From contig NC_092349.1 in NCBI RefSeq assembly GCF_963676685.1, positions 79,980,001 to 80,044,000 on the forward strand: a stretch of DNA of 64,000 nt, written 5' to 3'. This DNA is from Mytilus edulis. Taxonomy: Eukaryota. How positions within the stretch are numbered: position 1 is the first letter of the stretch; every line of letters starts with the position of its first letter. A program made the position numbers and the translations under genes. The notes below the pieces were generated by a model. It had not been told where the DNA came from. It worked only from the letters and a program-made list of their open reading frames with translations, and searched no databases. Of the stretch, positions 42,001 to 50,990 are shown in pieces.

Positions 42001-45000
42001 CTTGCACCTTTTTTCACCTCGAAATACTTTATAATTTACACTTTGTTTGTGTTTTTTCTGCAAAATGTCAGTTTTTTGAATATTTTTCAGAGCCTTGTAT
42101 GCACTACTGCCTACTGGAATATCACAGTGTAGAGCACTACAGAGTTCTAATATAGACTCCCCTGGACCATTATTAACGCTGTGAGCTGCTGCATGTGCAC
42201 GACCAGACATGTTTTTCTTGAAAGTAACATTTGAAGGTAATGATCTTCTTAAACACCTATTAAATCCCTCAACAAAATTGGTGTTCATGTTTAACCGTGT
42301 CTTTTCAAGCACTTTGGAACCAAGTCGCTTATTTATTTGTTTCCGAAGCGAGTCTAAATTCTCATTGCAGCTACTTATATTAAAAGAATTTGGTAAGAAA
42401 GGACGGCCTTTTAACCACGATCCCTGAAATCCTTTACAGGCAAAGGAGTTTTTTCTGCACCTGGCATGATCTCCCATGTAGCAGTAAGCTATGGCATCCA
42501 CAGTGTGAGAAATTTTATTTTTTACTTTGCAAAAGTCTCCAGCATAAAATTTATAGGCCAGTAATAGTTCTCTGTTACATCTCTCAGTCAGATCAACAGA
42601 GAAATTATTCAAAAGTTTTTGTCTTTTTAGTTTTGTTGTAGCTGGCATCACTTTTAAAAGAGTTTTATCTGACTTTGCTCCTTTACGTACATGGTCGGAA
42701 AGATGTCTAGTGTCTAAAAAGTTTTCTGGCTCAACAGTATTTATACCCTCATTGTGAAGGTCCATGGCAGCTTTATAGGCAGAACTGTCTGCATCAGTAA
42801 CTAAATGCTCAATTTCAAGTTGGTCTTCCTTTAAATCAAGGAGGCATTCCCTGGCCCAGGTATACTCATCTCCTATACTTTTTACCATGGGTATATTTGC
42901 ACTGCAATCATCTGTGCAATCTTCATGAAGTCGGCCTGAGTCATTGTCTACGTCAAGACTAGAATGTTTGGAACAGAGCTTGTTTTTGATATTTAATGCT
43001 AATATATTGTGTTTTGATGTTTCATTTTCAGCTGCCGTATAAATTGTTTGTGTTGCCGGTTGAAATGGAGTGCGGCCTACACCAGAATACAGTGGATTAT
43101 TGTACATTCCATCCATTTGAACACTTATAGCATGTGGATTTTCCTTGCCTCTTAACTTATTTATTTCTACAATATCATTTCTTCTTCTTTTCATATCCTG
43201 TTTATTAATTTGTTCAATTTGTTTCATGACTGTATTTGCTCTTCTTTGTAGGCTAGATGTTGTTGGAGCCAAGATGTTACCACTTAAGAAGATTTTTTGT
43301 ATACCAGAATAAGCAATGGGTGATTGACTCAGGCCGACATGAATTGCAGTGTCAAGTTTTGATGCTTTTCTCCCAGGTTTCCCACTTTCCAATTCTTCAT
43401 ACAGGGTGTACCGCTTTGATTTGTAATCACACTTTGTGCATATTAGCTGTTGTCGCGTTCCAAAGCCTCTTTTCTCTTCATTTCCTAAATCGCATAGCAG
43501 AATACCTTCACACTGTGGATTTCTCAATTGATGTTCTTTAAATGCTGCATTCCACATTTCCTCCATCTTGTATATACATATTGCTCTGTTTGAATTGTAA
43601 TCCGGTCTAAAAAATATCAAAAAAAATAAAAATTAGACTTAGCAAAGTACATATGCCTATTTACTAATTTTGAAAATAGAGTTACCTGCCCCTTAGTTGA
43701 CAGATATTTTTCTCTGTGATTTTAGATGGTACATAGACTTTTAAATCTTGCAATATGTATGAAGATGCTTCTTTTTATTAATATATTTGTTGTTTAATTC
43801 ATAAAAATAACAGTTTATATGATTATACTGTTCTTTTTTAATTAAGAAAGGTGCATAGTGGCTCAAAATGGGCAATTTTTTGTACTTTTTACTCTATTAT
43901 TTCCAAATTATTGTCTTTTTTGGTAAAAATATTTCACTTAAACTGTTTATGAGTAAATATTATTCAATTGTTAGCTTACCTTTTGTCCTTTTTAGCATTT
44001 TTCCTAATTGGTTTGGTAAGAAGCACCTCATCACTCATTGGACGGAGTAATCTTGCAGCACGGCAAACCCTTTTGGATTTCTCCTGTGGATTAGCATACG
44101 GATCATTCACTACTAAATTGTGTTTTTCTTTGGTAAGTCTAATGTACTTAGATGTGTAAGAGTCACTTTTATTTTGTTTCACAGTCTTTCTTTTCTTGTT
44201 ATAAGGAACATTTCCACCTTTGAATTTGTGTGTATTTCCCTTTTGGAATACCATATTTAGTAAAACAACAGAATTTTCACTTATATTCTACACTGTCTTT
44301 TTTTTTTATATGCTGATTTTGAATAATGTTCTTATAATTTCTTTTTGCAATATAAGTTGAAATCAAATGCTCACTAATTTATAGAAGAAATTGAAAAGAA
44401 ACAGATGACCCCTTAAATTTTTACAGAATTTCTAAATAGACAACAAGATAATGTTTTGATATTTTTATAGTTTCTGTGAGGACAGCCAGATTTAATGCAT
44501 ATCATCTTTATTTCTCTTATCATTGGTAATAAAATGATAGAGGTTAATGATTCAAAGTGCCTCTTCAGTACACTTTTTTTTGGACAAAAGTTTTGAAAAT
44601 ATATGAAAAAAGACTGTTTTTCACTATTTTCAATAAATCTTGGGTATATTCCACCCTGAATAAAATTTGAAATCAACTTATACATACGCAAAGAAACATT
44701 GCTTATATGTACATGAAAAAACAACATTTGTATTTTTTTGTAGAATTTTAATGCTTGAATTTTTCATTTAAACTTCTGTTTCAGTTGGTATTGCTGACTA
44801 AATCTTCTACTGGCCGCAAACATGGGATGAAGTATAGAAATGTCCATTTCTCAAAGAAGACTTCACAGATCACTTCCTAATTTGGTGTGTGTGATAGACA
44901 TAGATAGTTGTATATGCAGGCAAAAATAAAGTCTCATTTGAAAACTTTTTATTCTTTCTATAGGTTACAATTGCGCAATTATTTGTTTACATTTCACCGG

Positions 45001-48000
45001 GAAGTTTTTGAACCCAAGATGGTAGTAAGGAAAAAAATCTATGAGGCTTCTGATTGGATGGTATGCCTTCCATTTATTGATTTTATGAAAGATAAACCAT
45101 TTTTGTGCAAAAATAGTAACAATTTGGAATGATTGATTTAGTATTCTCTGTGGAAATATTTTTTTTGTGGTAATAGGTTGACTGAAAATTTTGCTATGTC
45201 ATTTAGTGCGGATTTTGGAAGCGTCCATAACAACAGCTATTTAAGGCAATTTCCGCCGCATAAGCATGTTGTTTTTTTTTACTGAAATAAATTCTTAGTA
45301 TGTCTCCTTTCAGATTCTGGCTTTGGTTTCTCTGCAATTTATGTACTTTTTTTTTTATTAGGATTCAAAGAGACAGGGTACCCTATGTAAAATGCATTGT
45401 AAATAATTGCGCAATTGTAACCATATATGTAAAACACGTAACGATGTAACAATACAAATTTTATAGAATTCATTATGCATAATATATTTATGACGTTTTA
45501 CCAAATTAATTAATTTATTGAGCTTTGTATTGAAATTTTGTATATCAAATGATTGAAGTATATATCTCATAAATGAATACCAACATTTAATGTTTCCTTG
45601 CATCTAAATTTCACAACAAACATAGGCTTCATAAAGTAACATATCCTCAACTCTGTTAAGCCTGTGTATTTATTTTATCATAGATATGATTACAGAAAAA
45701 TAAAGAGGAAATCTTGCAACCTCTGTATCCTTTATGATATCAGAGTACCTTTGAATTTTCACATTTACGTCGTGACAATGATTTGAAAAATAATTGCTTT
45801 CTACCGCTTCGAAGATATGTTTAACAAGATTTGTGACTGCTTTTCGTAAAGTTTGATGTTCATCTTTGCTGCGATTTAAACTTGTGCTGTTTATATTCGA
45901 TGGCAACTGATCAGCTATATTTTGTCCTGTATAGACGAACCCGTGTCAAAAGCCTCGGTCAAACCGTAACAGATAGCTAGAATGGATGCCTAACGGATGA
46001 CTTTTTTTCAATCCGTTCATGTCCGTTAGACGTCCGTTATTATCCGTTAGACGTCCGTCCATATCTGTTGCATGTCCGTTTAGCGTACGTTTTATCCATC
46101 GACGTCCATTCTGTCCAATGGAAATTTTTTGAGCATGTTCAAAACTTTGAACTGACTCCCAATGGATAAAATGTTAGTTGGACGTCCGGTCGTCGTCCGT
46201 TTTTTACGGTACTCGTCCGTTTCGTTTCCGTATTGTATCCGTTACGTGTCCGTTATGCATCCGTTGGAGGTCTGGAAAATAATTTTACCAACGGACTTCT
46301 ACCGGACGTTTAACGGATAAAACGGATGTTGAACGAATGATAAACGGACTTCTACCGGACGTATAACGGATAAAACGGATGATGAACGGATCTGAGACGG
46401 ATAAATGCCAATTGAAAATTTCTCGTCAGAAATGCCAATTATTGGTATGTCAGACATTTGTGTCAGATTTCTTAAGGTTCATTAATTCTTATTATTCATA
46501 ATCGATCTTAGAGTAATGGCACTTCTTCACAATCAAGCAGCTCTTTGGTGGCGTTTTGAAGAACAAACCAAAACCAGTTACACAGAAACATTTTGAATAT
46601 TTATGCGATTTACATGTATTATTATTGTCGTCTTTAATTTTTTATCTTGTTCATCCGTTTTATCCGGTACGCTTCCGTTAGGTGTTCGTTTTATGCGGTA
46701 CCCGTCCATTAGATGTATGTTCGACTTCCGTTCTGTCCGGTACGTTTCACATCCGGTGTGTGTCCGTTATGCATTCGTTACACGTCCGTTTTATTCGGTC
46801 AGTACATCAACGGACTCCCAACGGATAACAATTTTGTCAACGGACAACTTTTATTTTCATCCGTTAGTCGTCCGTTCGTGCTATCCGGTAAGGTGTGACC
46901 GAGGCTTTAGATTGCGAAATAAATATAAATGCCCATAGTTAATTGGTTGTTATTACTAAATTAATGTTATTTCAACTGATCGGCCGGAGCTTACGTTTCA
47001 ATTTGCATAAGGACAGTCTATTCAAAGATGTGTGTGATAAGGATGATTGCCGTTATTATTGTTACTGATTTCTAATCACCCATCAGTGTTATCAAACAGA
47101 TATACAGAAATAAAAGTGTACAATAAGGGATGAAATAGTTGTTGGTTTTTTTTTTTGCATTTACATGTGCTTAAGCAGAGCTTTTTTTACATGGGCTGTC
47201 GTTTTATTCTGTTTGTAACTTTTCTGATTGAAAATTTTGATTTAATTTAAACGTGTTTTATAGAAAATATATATATATATTCCATTTGCAGCGTATTTCT
47301 GTGCACCCCCTTAAATCATTCAGAATATAATGAGGAGAAAAAAAAGTATTTAAACGCGGTTTAAAAAAAATACATACGCATATTTTGAAGCTGATGTCCT
47401 CATGGTTTTACTTTCAATTTCACCAATTCCCATATGTGACAAATTTAACATGTTTTAAAACTATGCCTTACAAGAATATCAACAACTGTGTCTCATTATT
47501 TATTTTCCGAAAACACAAGTAATACGTGTTTACATATTTTAACCGGATCAATGAGCATAACTGGACACTTCATTTATGATTTTATCCTAAAACTCTTGTC
47601 TATAGATGGATTGGTCTATATTGAGCGAGCTTGTTAAAGTCCGCCCAGTCAAGTGAAATAAATCCAGTAATACAGTTAGCATCATATATTACTCTTTACA
47701 TTAAATTTCGGTTATGCCGAAACAGACACCAATATAAGTCAATAAACCTTTCCAATCACTTTTGTGTCATTTATTTTGGTAAGTTTTTTCTTTTATTGTC
47801 TTTTCCTTTGCTCACAAGTTTCTAACACCCCATATCAATTCGTTAAAACGGCTTGAGATAAGATGAAATGACATATAATAATTTAAGTTTCTTTCTGGCT
47901 ATATAAAGATCTGACATATCAATGTTAGAAAAGATTCTGCAGATATCATATTCCTTGGCTTGAAATGCAGATGGTACCTGGGACTATTATACTGACAGAA

Positions 48001-49945
48001 TGATAGTCTCAGATGGTACCAATACATTTTAATCATACATACGTGCAGTGACTGGGCATGTGTTAAAATGTTTTCTCTGAACCTCGATGTGTTTTGTTCC
48101 AATCTCGCAGGAAATCAACATTTCACCTTTACAGTCTTTTTTTCTTAAAGTGTGTTTTAAACTAATGTCAACAGAATATAATTTCCCATTTGTCCTTTTT
48201 GACATTTTTGCTTTATTTCCATATTTGACATCCTAGAAAAAAAAGATAAAGACATTTAACCTTCATTAAATTATATTGACTTGTTTATCTGATTAACATA
48301 TAAGTTTATCAACATTGTTATTACTGATGGTTATGTGCTGTTCATCATTGTATTGTTAATTTTTAATACGGAGAAGTACATTTGGTGCCGTTGTTATTTG
48401 TTAGGACAAAAACAAGGTTATAAAATTTATCCTACCCTGTGGAAAGAATTAACCAGACATGTAAAATCTATTCTAATTTTTATTGCTCTAAATCTTCGGA
48501 ATTGACTTAGTTAACGAACATTTTTTTTTATTTTAAAACCAATGATGAATCTGGTGTTCATGAAACACGCTTCCGGTCAGATTATTTAGTTAGCTATTTC
48601 ATGTAGTTCATGTTAGGGGGTTACATATCTTTCATGCTGGCAATTTATCAACGAGTCTATTTAAAACTATAATGTGTATCAATATTTATCTGTACAAAAT
48701 TTCGTCTTCATATTTTAACATTTTGGTTGAAAGCAAACTTCATTTTGTACAGTGAGTAACATCTATACGAATAGTGCAAATAGTGGAGCATCAGGTTGTC
48801 GTTTGCATTTATTATTTTTGTCTTTTCGTGGTAACTTTTTGTTGTTCTTTTCTTGTGTTGAAGAAAGGATTGTCATGGCTTTGTTCACATCATTTAAATC
48901 TATTGGTTTAGTGTCCCGTTTGTATCTTCCGTCCCTTTTTAATAAGAATCAGTATACTTAGTCATAAGAACGTGAATAGATATCAGTGGTTTTAGCTTAC
49001 ACATTATATTCGATAATTTGAAAGGAGCATTGGTCTTTTCAAAGTTCATTGCAAGACCTATTACAAGATTCATTTTATTTGTTAAATGCATGGGAAAGAT
49101 CAAATTTACCAGAAGCAAAAGATATCTTGTGAGCTGTCGGTAAGGTTCATAATTTAACAAAATAAAACAAATGGCCGTACTATGTTGTGACGTCGATGCA
49201 CTTTAAATATCTAAACTTTCAAAATGCATTAAATTTTTTTTTAGTATCAATATACCTCAAAAATGATTTCACATTCCGGCGTTGGCCATACTTTATCAAA
49301 ATGAACATCAACACTGAAATGTCCATACATTAAACTTGACGTTACAGTTGTTGTTTCTGTTGGCGGTATATCTATTAAAAATATATCATGTATACATAAA
49401 ATGTGCTATTTTGACATGTATTGATTTAATCTTCTTAATTAATAAGATTGAAAACGAAAACGGGGAACGTGTTAAGGAGACAACACACAGCCCAAAACTA
49501 ACAATGAATTAAAAGATGTTATAAAATTGACATTTTGTTAACAATTTTGAAATGAAAATTTGGTGAATTACATTTTGAGAGCGAATAAAAGCTAAAATAT
49601 GAAATAAAAATTTGTAATAAAATTTACATTCATAGTCCTCCTCGTTGAGCTGGAGTGTCTTTCGTGTTTCGTCTACACCAACGATACATTTATATTCACA
49701 GCCTACATCAGCCTCTGAAAAGTTTTTTATAACAAGGATGTACTCATATCTATCCTTTCCGATTACTTCATAATATTTGAAAGGATCTGCAGGTATAGCA
49801 TTCAAACACAATACTTTATCAAAAGGTCCACCTGACCATCTTCTGCCGGGTTGTTGATCAAGTGGTATTTCTGTGTCATTGGCGGCGCAAGCAAGTTGCA
49901 CATTTTCTCCAAAGACTACAGGTTTTGTTAACAGTTCCAATTCAG
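9041..49945 (-). CDS. Two-Ig-domain type I transmembrane protein; exons 49628-49945, 49256-49371, 48043-48232, 9041-9285 (TM + short tail); candidate signal exon 51100-51178; last intron contains the transposon array
   Basis: AG/GT-bounded exons join in frame with phases 1,1,0,1: ELELLTKPVVFGENVQLAC..RRW..YILVIKNFSEADVGCEYKC..DYE / YIPPTETT..VWPTPECEIIFE / DVKYG..DCKGEMLISCEIG..CPVTA / LPPRDSNFLNDHWLITLVIAVIMILVLVSVIMISMIIKQK..stop. The link across the array is inferred from the phase match and domain logic. Confidence 0.7.
9466..9925 (+). repeat. Left long terminal direct repeat (LTDR), 460 bp, with 22-bp terminal inverted repeats
   Basis: Begins GGTTACAATTGCGCAATTATTT and ends AAATAATTGCGCAATTGTAACC (perfect inverse); reads identical to 44963-45422. 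Confidence 0.95.
10022..10408 (+). CDS. His-Me finger (His-Cys box, I-PpoI-like) homing endonuclease, 128 aa, copy 1
   Basis: Motifs CIEW.G..GYG, AHRVAY and SHICHNASCVNVNHLVLEPHAINLDRLHC..C...H...C match the His-Cys box catalytic His/Asn and Zn ligands. Confidence 0.9.
   Translation: MDDFWRELQHKFNKKTQGSVNGKGCIEWSGTKKGKSGYGIQVVKWPQGEKKREAAHRVAYMIRHKLTRYDMPRVDENNNTIECSHICHNASCVNVNHLVLEPHAINLDRLHCKNQGLCSKSHKPYCLI
10424..12833 (-). CDS. DDD/E transposase (Kolobok/Mutator-like fold), ~678 aa spliced; exon 1 12559-12833, exon 2 10424-12185, copy 1
   Basis: Donor AG|GTAAGC and acceptor TTTTTTAG|A join in frame (KDK-R-PDY). Zn-finger-like H..C..CTKC; candidate catalytic motifs VQMDGMY, LVTDADS, FLDTRH, TNFVEGFN; basic termini. 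Confidence 0.88.
13634..14020 (+). CDS. His-Me finger homing endonuclease, copy 2
   Basis: Translation identical to copy 1. Confidence 0.9.
   Translation: MDDFWRELQHKFNKKTQGSVNGKGCIEWSGTKKGKSGYGIQVVKWPQGEKKREAAHRVAYMIRHKLTRYDMPRVDENNNTIECSHICHNASCVNVNHLVLEPHAINLDRLHCKNQGLCSKSHKPYCLI
14036..16445 (-). CDS. DDD/E transposase (two exons), copy 2
   Basis: Both ORFs identical to copy 1. Confidence 0.88.
17246..17632 (+). CDS. His-Me finger homing endonuclease, copy 3
   Basis: Translation identical to copy 1. Confidence 0.9.
   Translation: MDDFWRELQHKFNKKTQGSVNGKGCIEWSGTKKGKSGYGIQVVKWPQGEKKREAAHRVAYMIRHKLTRYDMPRVDENNNTIECSHICHNASCVNVNHLVLEPHAINLDRLHCKNQGLCSKSHKPYCLI
17648..20057 (-). CDS. DDD/E transposase (two exons), copy 3
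   Basis: Both ORFs identical to copy 1. Confidence 0.88.
20858..21244 (+). CDS. His-Me finger homing endonuclease, copy 4
   Basis: Translation identical to copy 1. Confidence 0.9.
   Translation: MDDFWRELQHKFNKKTQGSVNGKGCIEWSGTKKGKSGYGIQVVKWPQGEKKREAAHRVAYMIRHKLTRYDMPRVDENNNTIECSHICHNASCVNVNHLVLEPHAINLDRLHCKNQGLCSKSHKPYCLI
21260..23669 (-). CDS. DDD/E transposase (two exons), copy 4
   Basis: Both ORFs identical to copy 1. Confidence 0.88.
24394..24493. other. Assembly gap (100 N) inside the array
   Basis: Run of 100 N; array sequence resumes mid-transposase, so the true copy number is unknown. Confidence 0.99.
24494..26194 (-). CDS. DDD/E transposase, partial copy truncated by the gap, with a 1-bp insertion near 25476-25479 (probable sequencing error)
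   Basis: Same sequence as the other copies except GTTCTTTTAAATG versus GTTCTTTAAATG. Confidence 0.75.
26995..27381 (+). CDS. His-Me finger homing endonuclease, unit 6
   Basis: Translation identical to copy 1. Confidence 0.9.
   Translation: MDDFWRELQHKFNKKTQGSVNGKGCIEWSGTKKGKSGYGIQVVKWPQGEKKREAAHRVAYMIRHKLTRYDMPRVDENNNTIECSHICHNASCVNVNHLVLEPHAINLDRLHCKNQGLCSKSHKPYCLI
27397..29806 (-). CDS. DDD/E transposase (two exons), unit 6
   Basis: Both ORFs identical to copy 1. Confidence 0.88.
30607..30993 (+). CDS. His-Me finger homing endonuclease, unit 7
   Basis: Translation identical to copy 1. Confidence 0.9.
   Translation: MDDFWRELQHKFNKKTQGSVNGKGCIEWSGTKKGKSGYGIQVVKWPQGEKKREAAHRVAYMIRHKLTRYDMPRVDENNNTIECSHICHNASCVNVNHLVLEPHAINLDRLHCKNQGLCSKSHKPYCLI
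31009..33418 (-). CDS. DDD/E transposase (two exons), unit 7
   Basis: Both ORFs identical to copy 1. Confidence 0.88.
34219..34605 (+). CDS. His-Me finger homing endonuclease, unit 8
   Basis: Translation identical to copy 1. Confidence 0.9.
   Translation: MDDFWRELQHKFNKKTQGSVNGKGCIEWSGTKKGKSGYGIQVVKWPQGEKKREAAHRVAYMIRHKLTRYDMPRVDENNNTIECSHICHNASCVNVNHLVLEPHAINLDRLHCKNQGLCSKSHKPYCLI
34621..37030 (-). CDS. DDD/E transposase (two exons), unit 8
   Basis: Both ORFs identical to copy 1. Confidence 0.88.
37831..38217 (+). CDS. His-Me finger homing endonuclease, unit 9
   Basis: Translation identical to copy 1. Confidence 0.9.
   Translation: MDDFWRELQHKFNKKTQGSVNGKGCIEWSGTKKGKSGYGIQVVKWPQGEKKREAAHRVAYMIRHKLTRYDMPRVDENNNTIECSHICHNASCVNVNHLVLEPHAINLDRLHCKNQGLCSKSHKPYCLI
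38233..40642 (-). CDS. DDD/E transposase (two exons), unit 9
   Basis: Both ORFs identical to copy 1. Confidence 0.88.
41443..41829 (+). CDS. His-Me finger homing endonuclease, unit 10
   Basis: Translation identical to copy 1. Confidence 0.9.
   Translation: MDDFWRELQHKFNKKTQGSVNGKGCIEWSGTKKGKSGYGIQVVKWPQGEKKREAAHRVAYMIRHKLTRYDMPRVDENNNTIECSHICHNASCVNVNHLVLEPHAINLDRLHCKNQGLCSKSHKPYCLI
41845..44254 (-). CDS. DDD/E transposase (two exons), unit 10
   Basis: Protein identical to copy 1; one synonymous change at 44066 (GTG to GTT, Val) in exon 1. Confidence 0.88.
44963..45422 (+). repeat. Right long terminal direct repeat (LTDR), 460 bp, with 22-bp TIRs
   Basis: Identical to 9466-9925; preceded by TATA and followed by ATAT. 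Confidence 0.95.
45500..45800 (-). mobile_element. Decayed non-LTR retrotransposon (CR1/L2-like) ORF2 C-terminal fragment
   Basis: Translation EVARFPLYFSVIISMIK*IHRL..DMLLYEAY..WYSFMRYIL resembles the ELGRFPL..IKYW.RL..LL..AY..W region found after the RT domain in invertebrate LINEs; stops are present. Recognised from memory only. Confidence 0.45.
45951..46906. mobile_element. Non-autonomous TIR DNA transposon (MITE, PIF/Harbinger-like), ~955 bp
   Basis: Imperfect ~50-bp TIRs: AGCCTCGGTCAAACC..GATAGC..CTAACGGATGA and TCATCCGTTAG..GCTATC..GGTGTGACCGAGGCT; interior full of TCCGTT/AACGGA motifs; TTA on the right flank. Confidence 0.75.
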
Positions 49946-50595
49946 CTGTAATCAAAATAATAATTAAATAAAAGAGAGACATATATTAAGAATCTCGATT
50001 TCACAGATCAATTAATATATACAGTGTATGACACATAGTTTCAATTGAATTGTTCAAAATGATAACATTACAGACACAGCATATGGCCCTATATAAAGAT
50101 TTCGATATATTCAGTTATCCCGAGCTTCACGAGTGAAGGTTTTGTTCAAAGATAGACTTTCAGCAATTTTCCTTTTTAAATTTGATAACGGTTTTTGCTT
50201 TTCTTATAATAATAAATTACTAGCTATGAATAGTTATCTTGAAATGTATCTTAATAAAAAGATAGGCTAATATATTAACTTTCCCGTAAGAGTAAATATG
50301 CAGCTCAGAACTGATTGTTTCTTATAGCCTTGATTTTGAAGAGTTTTTCATTTGCACTAAGAAAACGGTATGAAGAACACAATGGTGTGAAAGTTGTTTA
50401 AAGGTTTCATATTAGATTGGCAGAGCAAACTGTTAAGTTTTTTAAGAATTACTTCAAAACGTATTCAAATTATTGGTAATACTGTTAACTTCTTCAAAAC
50501 ATATGTTTACGTGTTATGGTCGCTTAAATTGCCTTGTCAAAATATATATAAATAAGAATGAAAGGAGAAAAAAAATTCTTCTTAAAACTACGTTC

Positions 50596-50990
50596 AAATA
50601 GTTATCAAAGGTACCAGGATTATAATTTAGTACGCCAGACGCGCGTTTCGTCTACATAAGACTCATCAGTGACGCTCATATCAAAATATTCATAAAGCCA
50701 AACAAGTACAAAGTTGAAGAGCATTGAGGATCCAAAATTCCTAAAAGTTGTGCCAAATACGGCTAAGGTAATCAATGCCTGGGATAAGAAAATCCTTAGT
50801 TTTTCGATAACTCAAAGTTTTGTAACATGAAATTTATTAAAATGACCACATTATTGATATTCATGTCAACACAGAAGTGTTGACTACTGGGCTGGTGATA
50901 CCCTCGGGGACGAAACGTCCACCAGCAGTGGCATCGACCCAGTGGTGTAAATAGGTATCAAAGGTACCAGGATTATAATTTAGTACGCCA
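50596..50990 (-). repeat. Long copy of interspersed repeat family A with a ~42-bp terminal direct repeat (period ~353 bp)
   Basis: AAATAG.TATCAAAGGTACCAGGATTATAATTTAGTACGCCA occurs at 50596 and 50949; homologous to 2690-2912. Confidence 0.75.

Larger units (their letters stand above)
9926..44962 (+). repeat. Tandem array of 3612-bp internal (INT) units starting at 9926, 13538, 17150, 20762, 24376 (gapped), 26899, 30511, 34123, 37735, 41347
   Basis: ORFs recur at exact 3612-bp spacing with identical translations; each junction reads CTTTC-TATA-GAATTTC. Confidence 0.97.
9466..45422. mobile_element. KolobokP-type composite DNA transposon (Kolobok superfamily), multimer LTDR-(INT)>=10-LTDR, with ATAT target-site duplication
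   Basis: Identical 460-bp direct repeats at both ends, each with TIRs; ATAT at 9462-9465 and 45423-45426; internal units encode a DDD/E transposase and a His-Me nuclease. This combination and the ~450-bp LTDR size are the defining features of KolobokP (established knowledge). Confidence 0.92.

Noticed and set aside
9926-44962. Prophage, virus or CRISPR-like array
   Set aside because: No capsid, polymerase or helicase genes and no repeat-spacer structure; the units are identical and the context is a spliced eukaryotic genome.
44908-45132. 74-aa ORF spanning the INT/LTDR junction
   Set aside because: Non-ATG start, no motif, and it exists only at this junction; likely chance.
9466-45422. LTR retrotransposon interpretation of the 460-bp direct repeats
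   Set aside because: No gag, RT or integrase, no TG..CA termini or primer-binding site; the repeats carry TIRs and the interior encodes an intron-containing DNA transposase.
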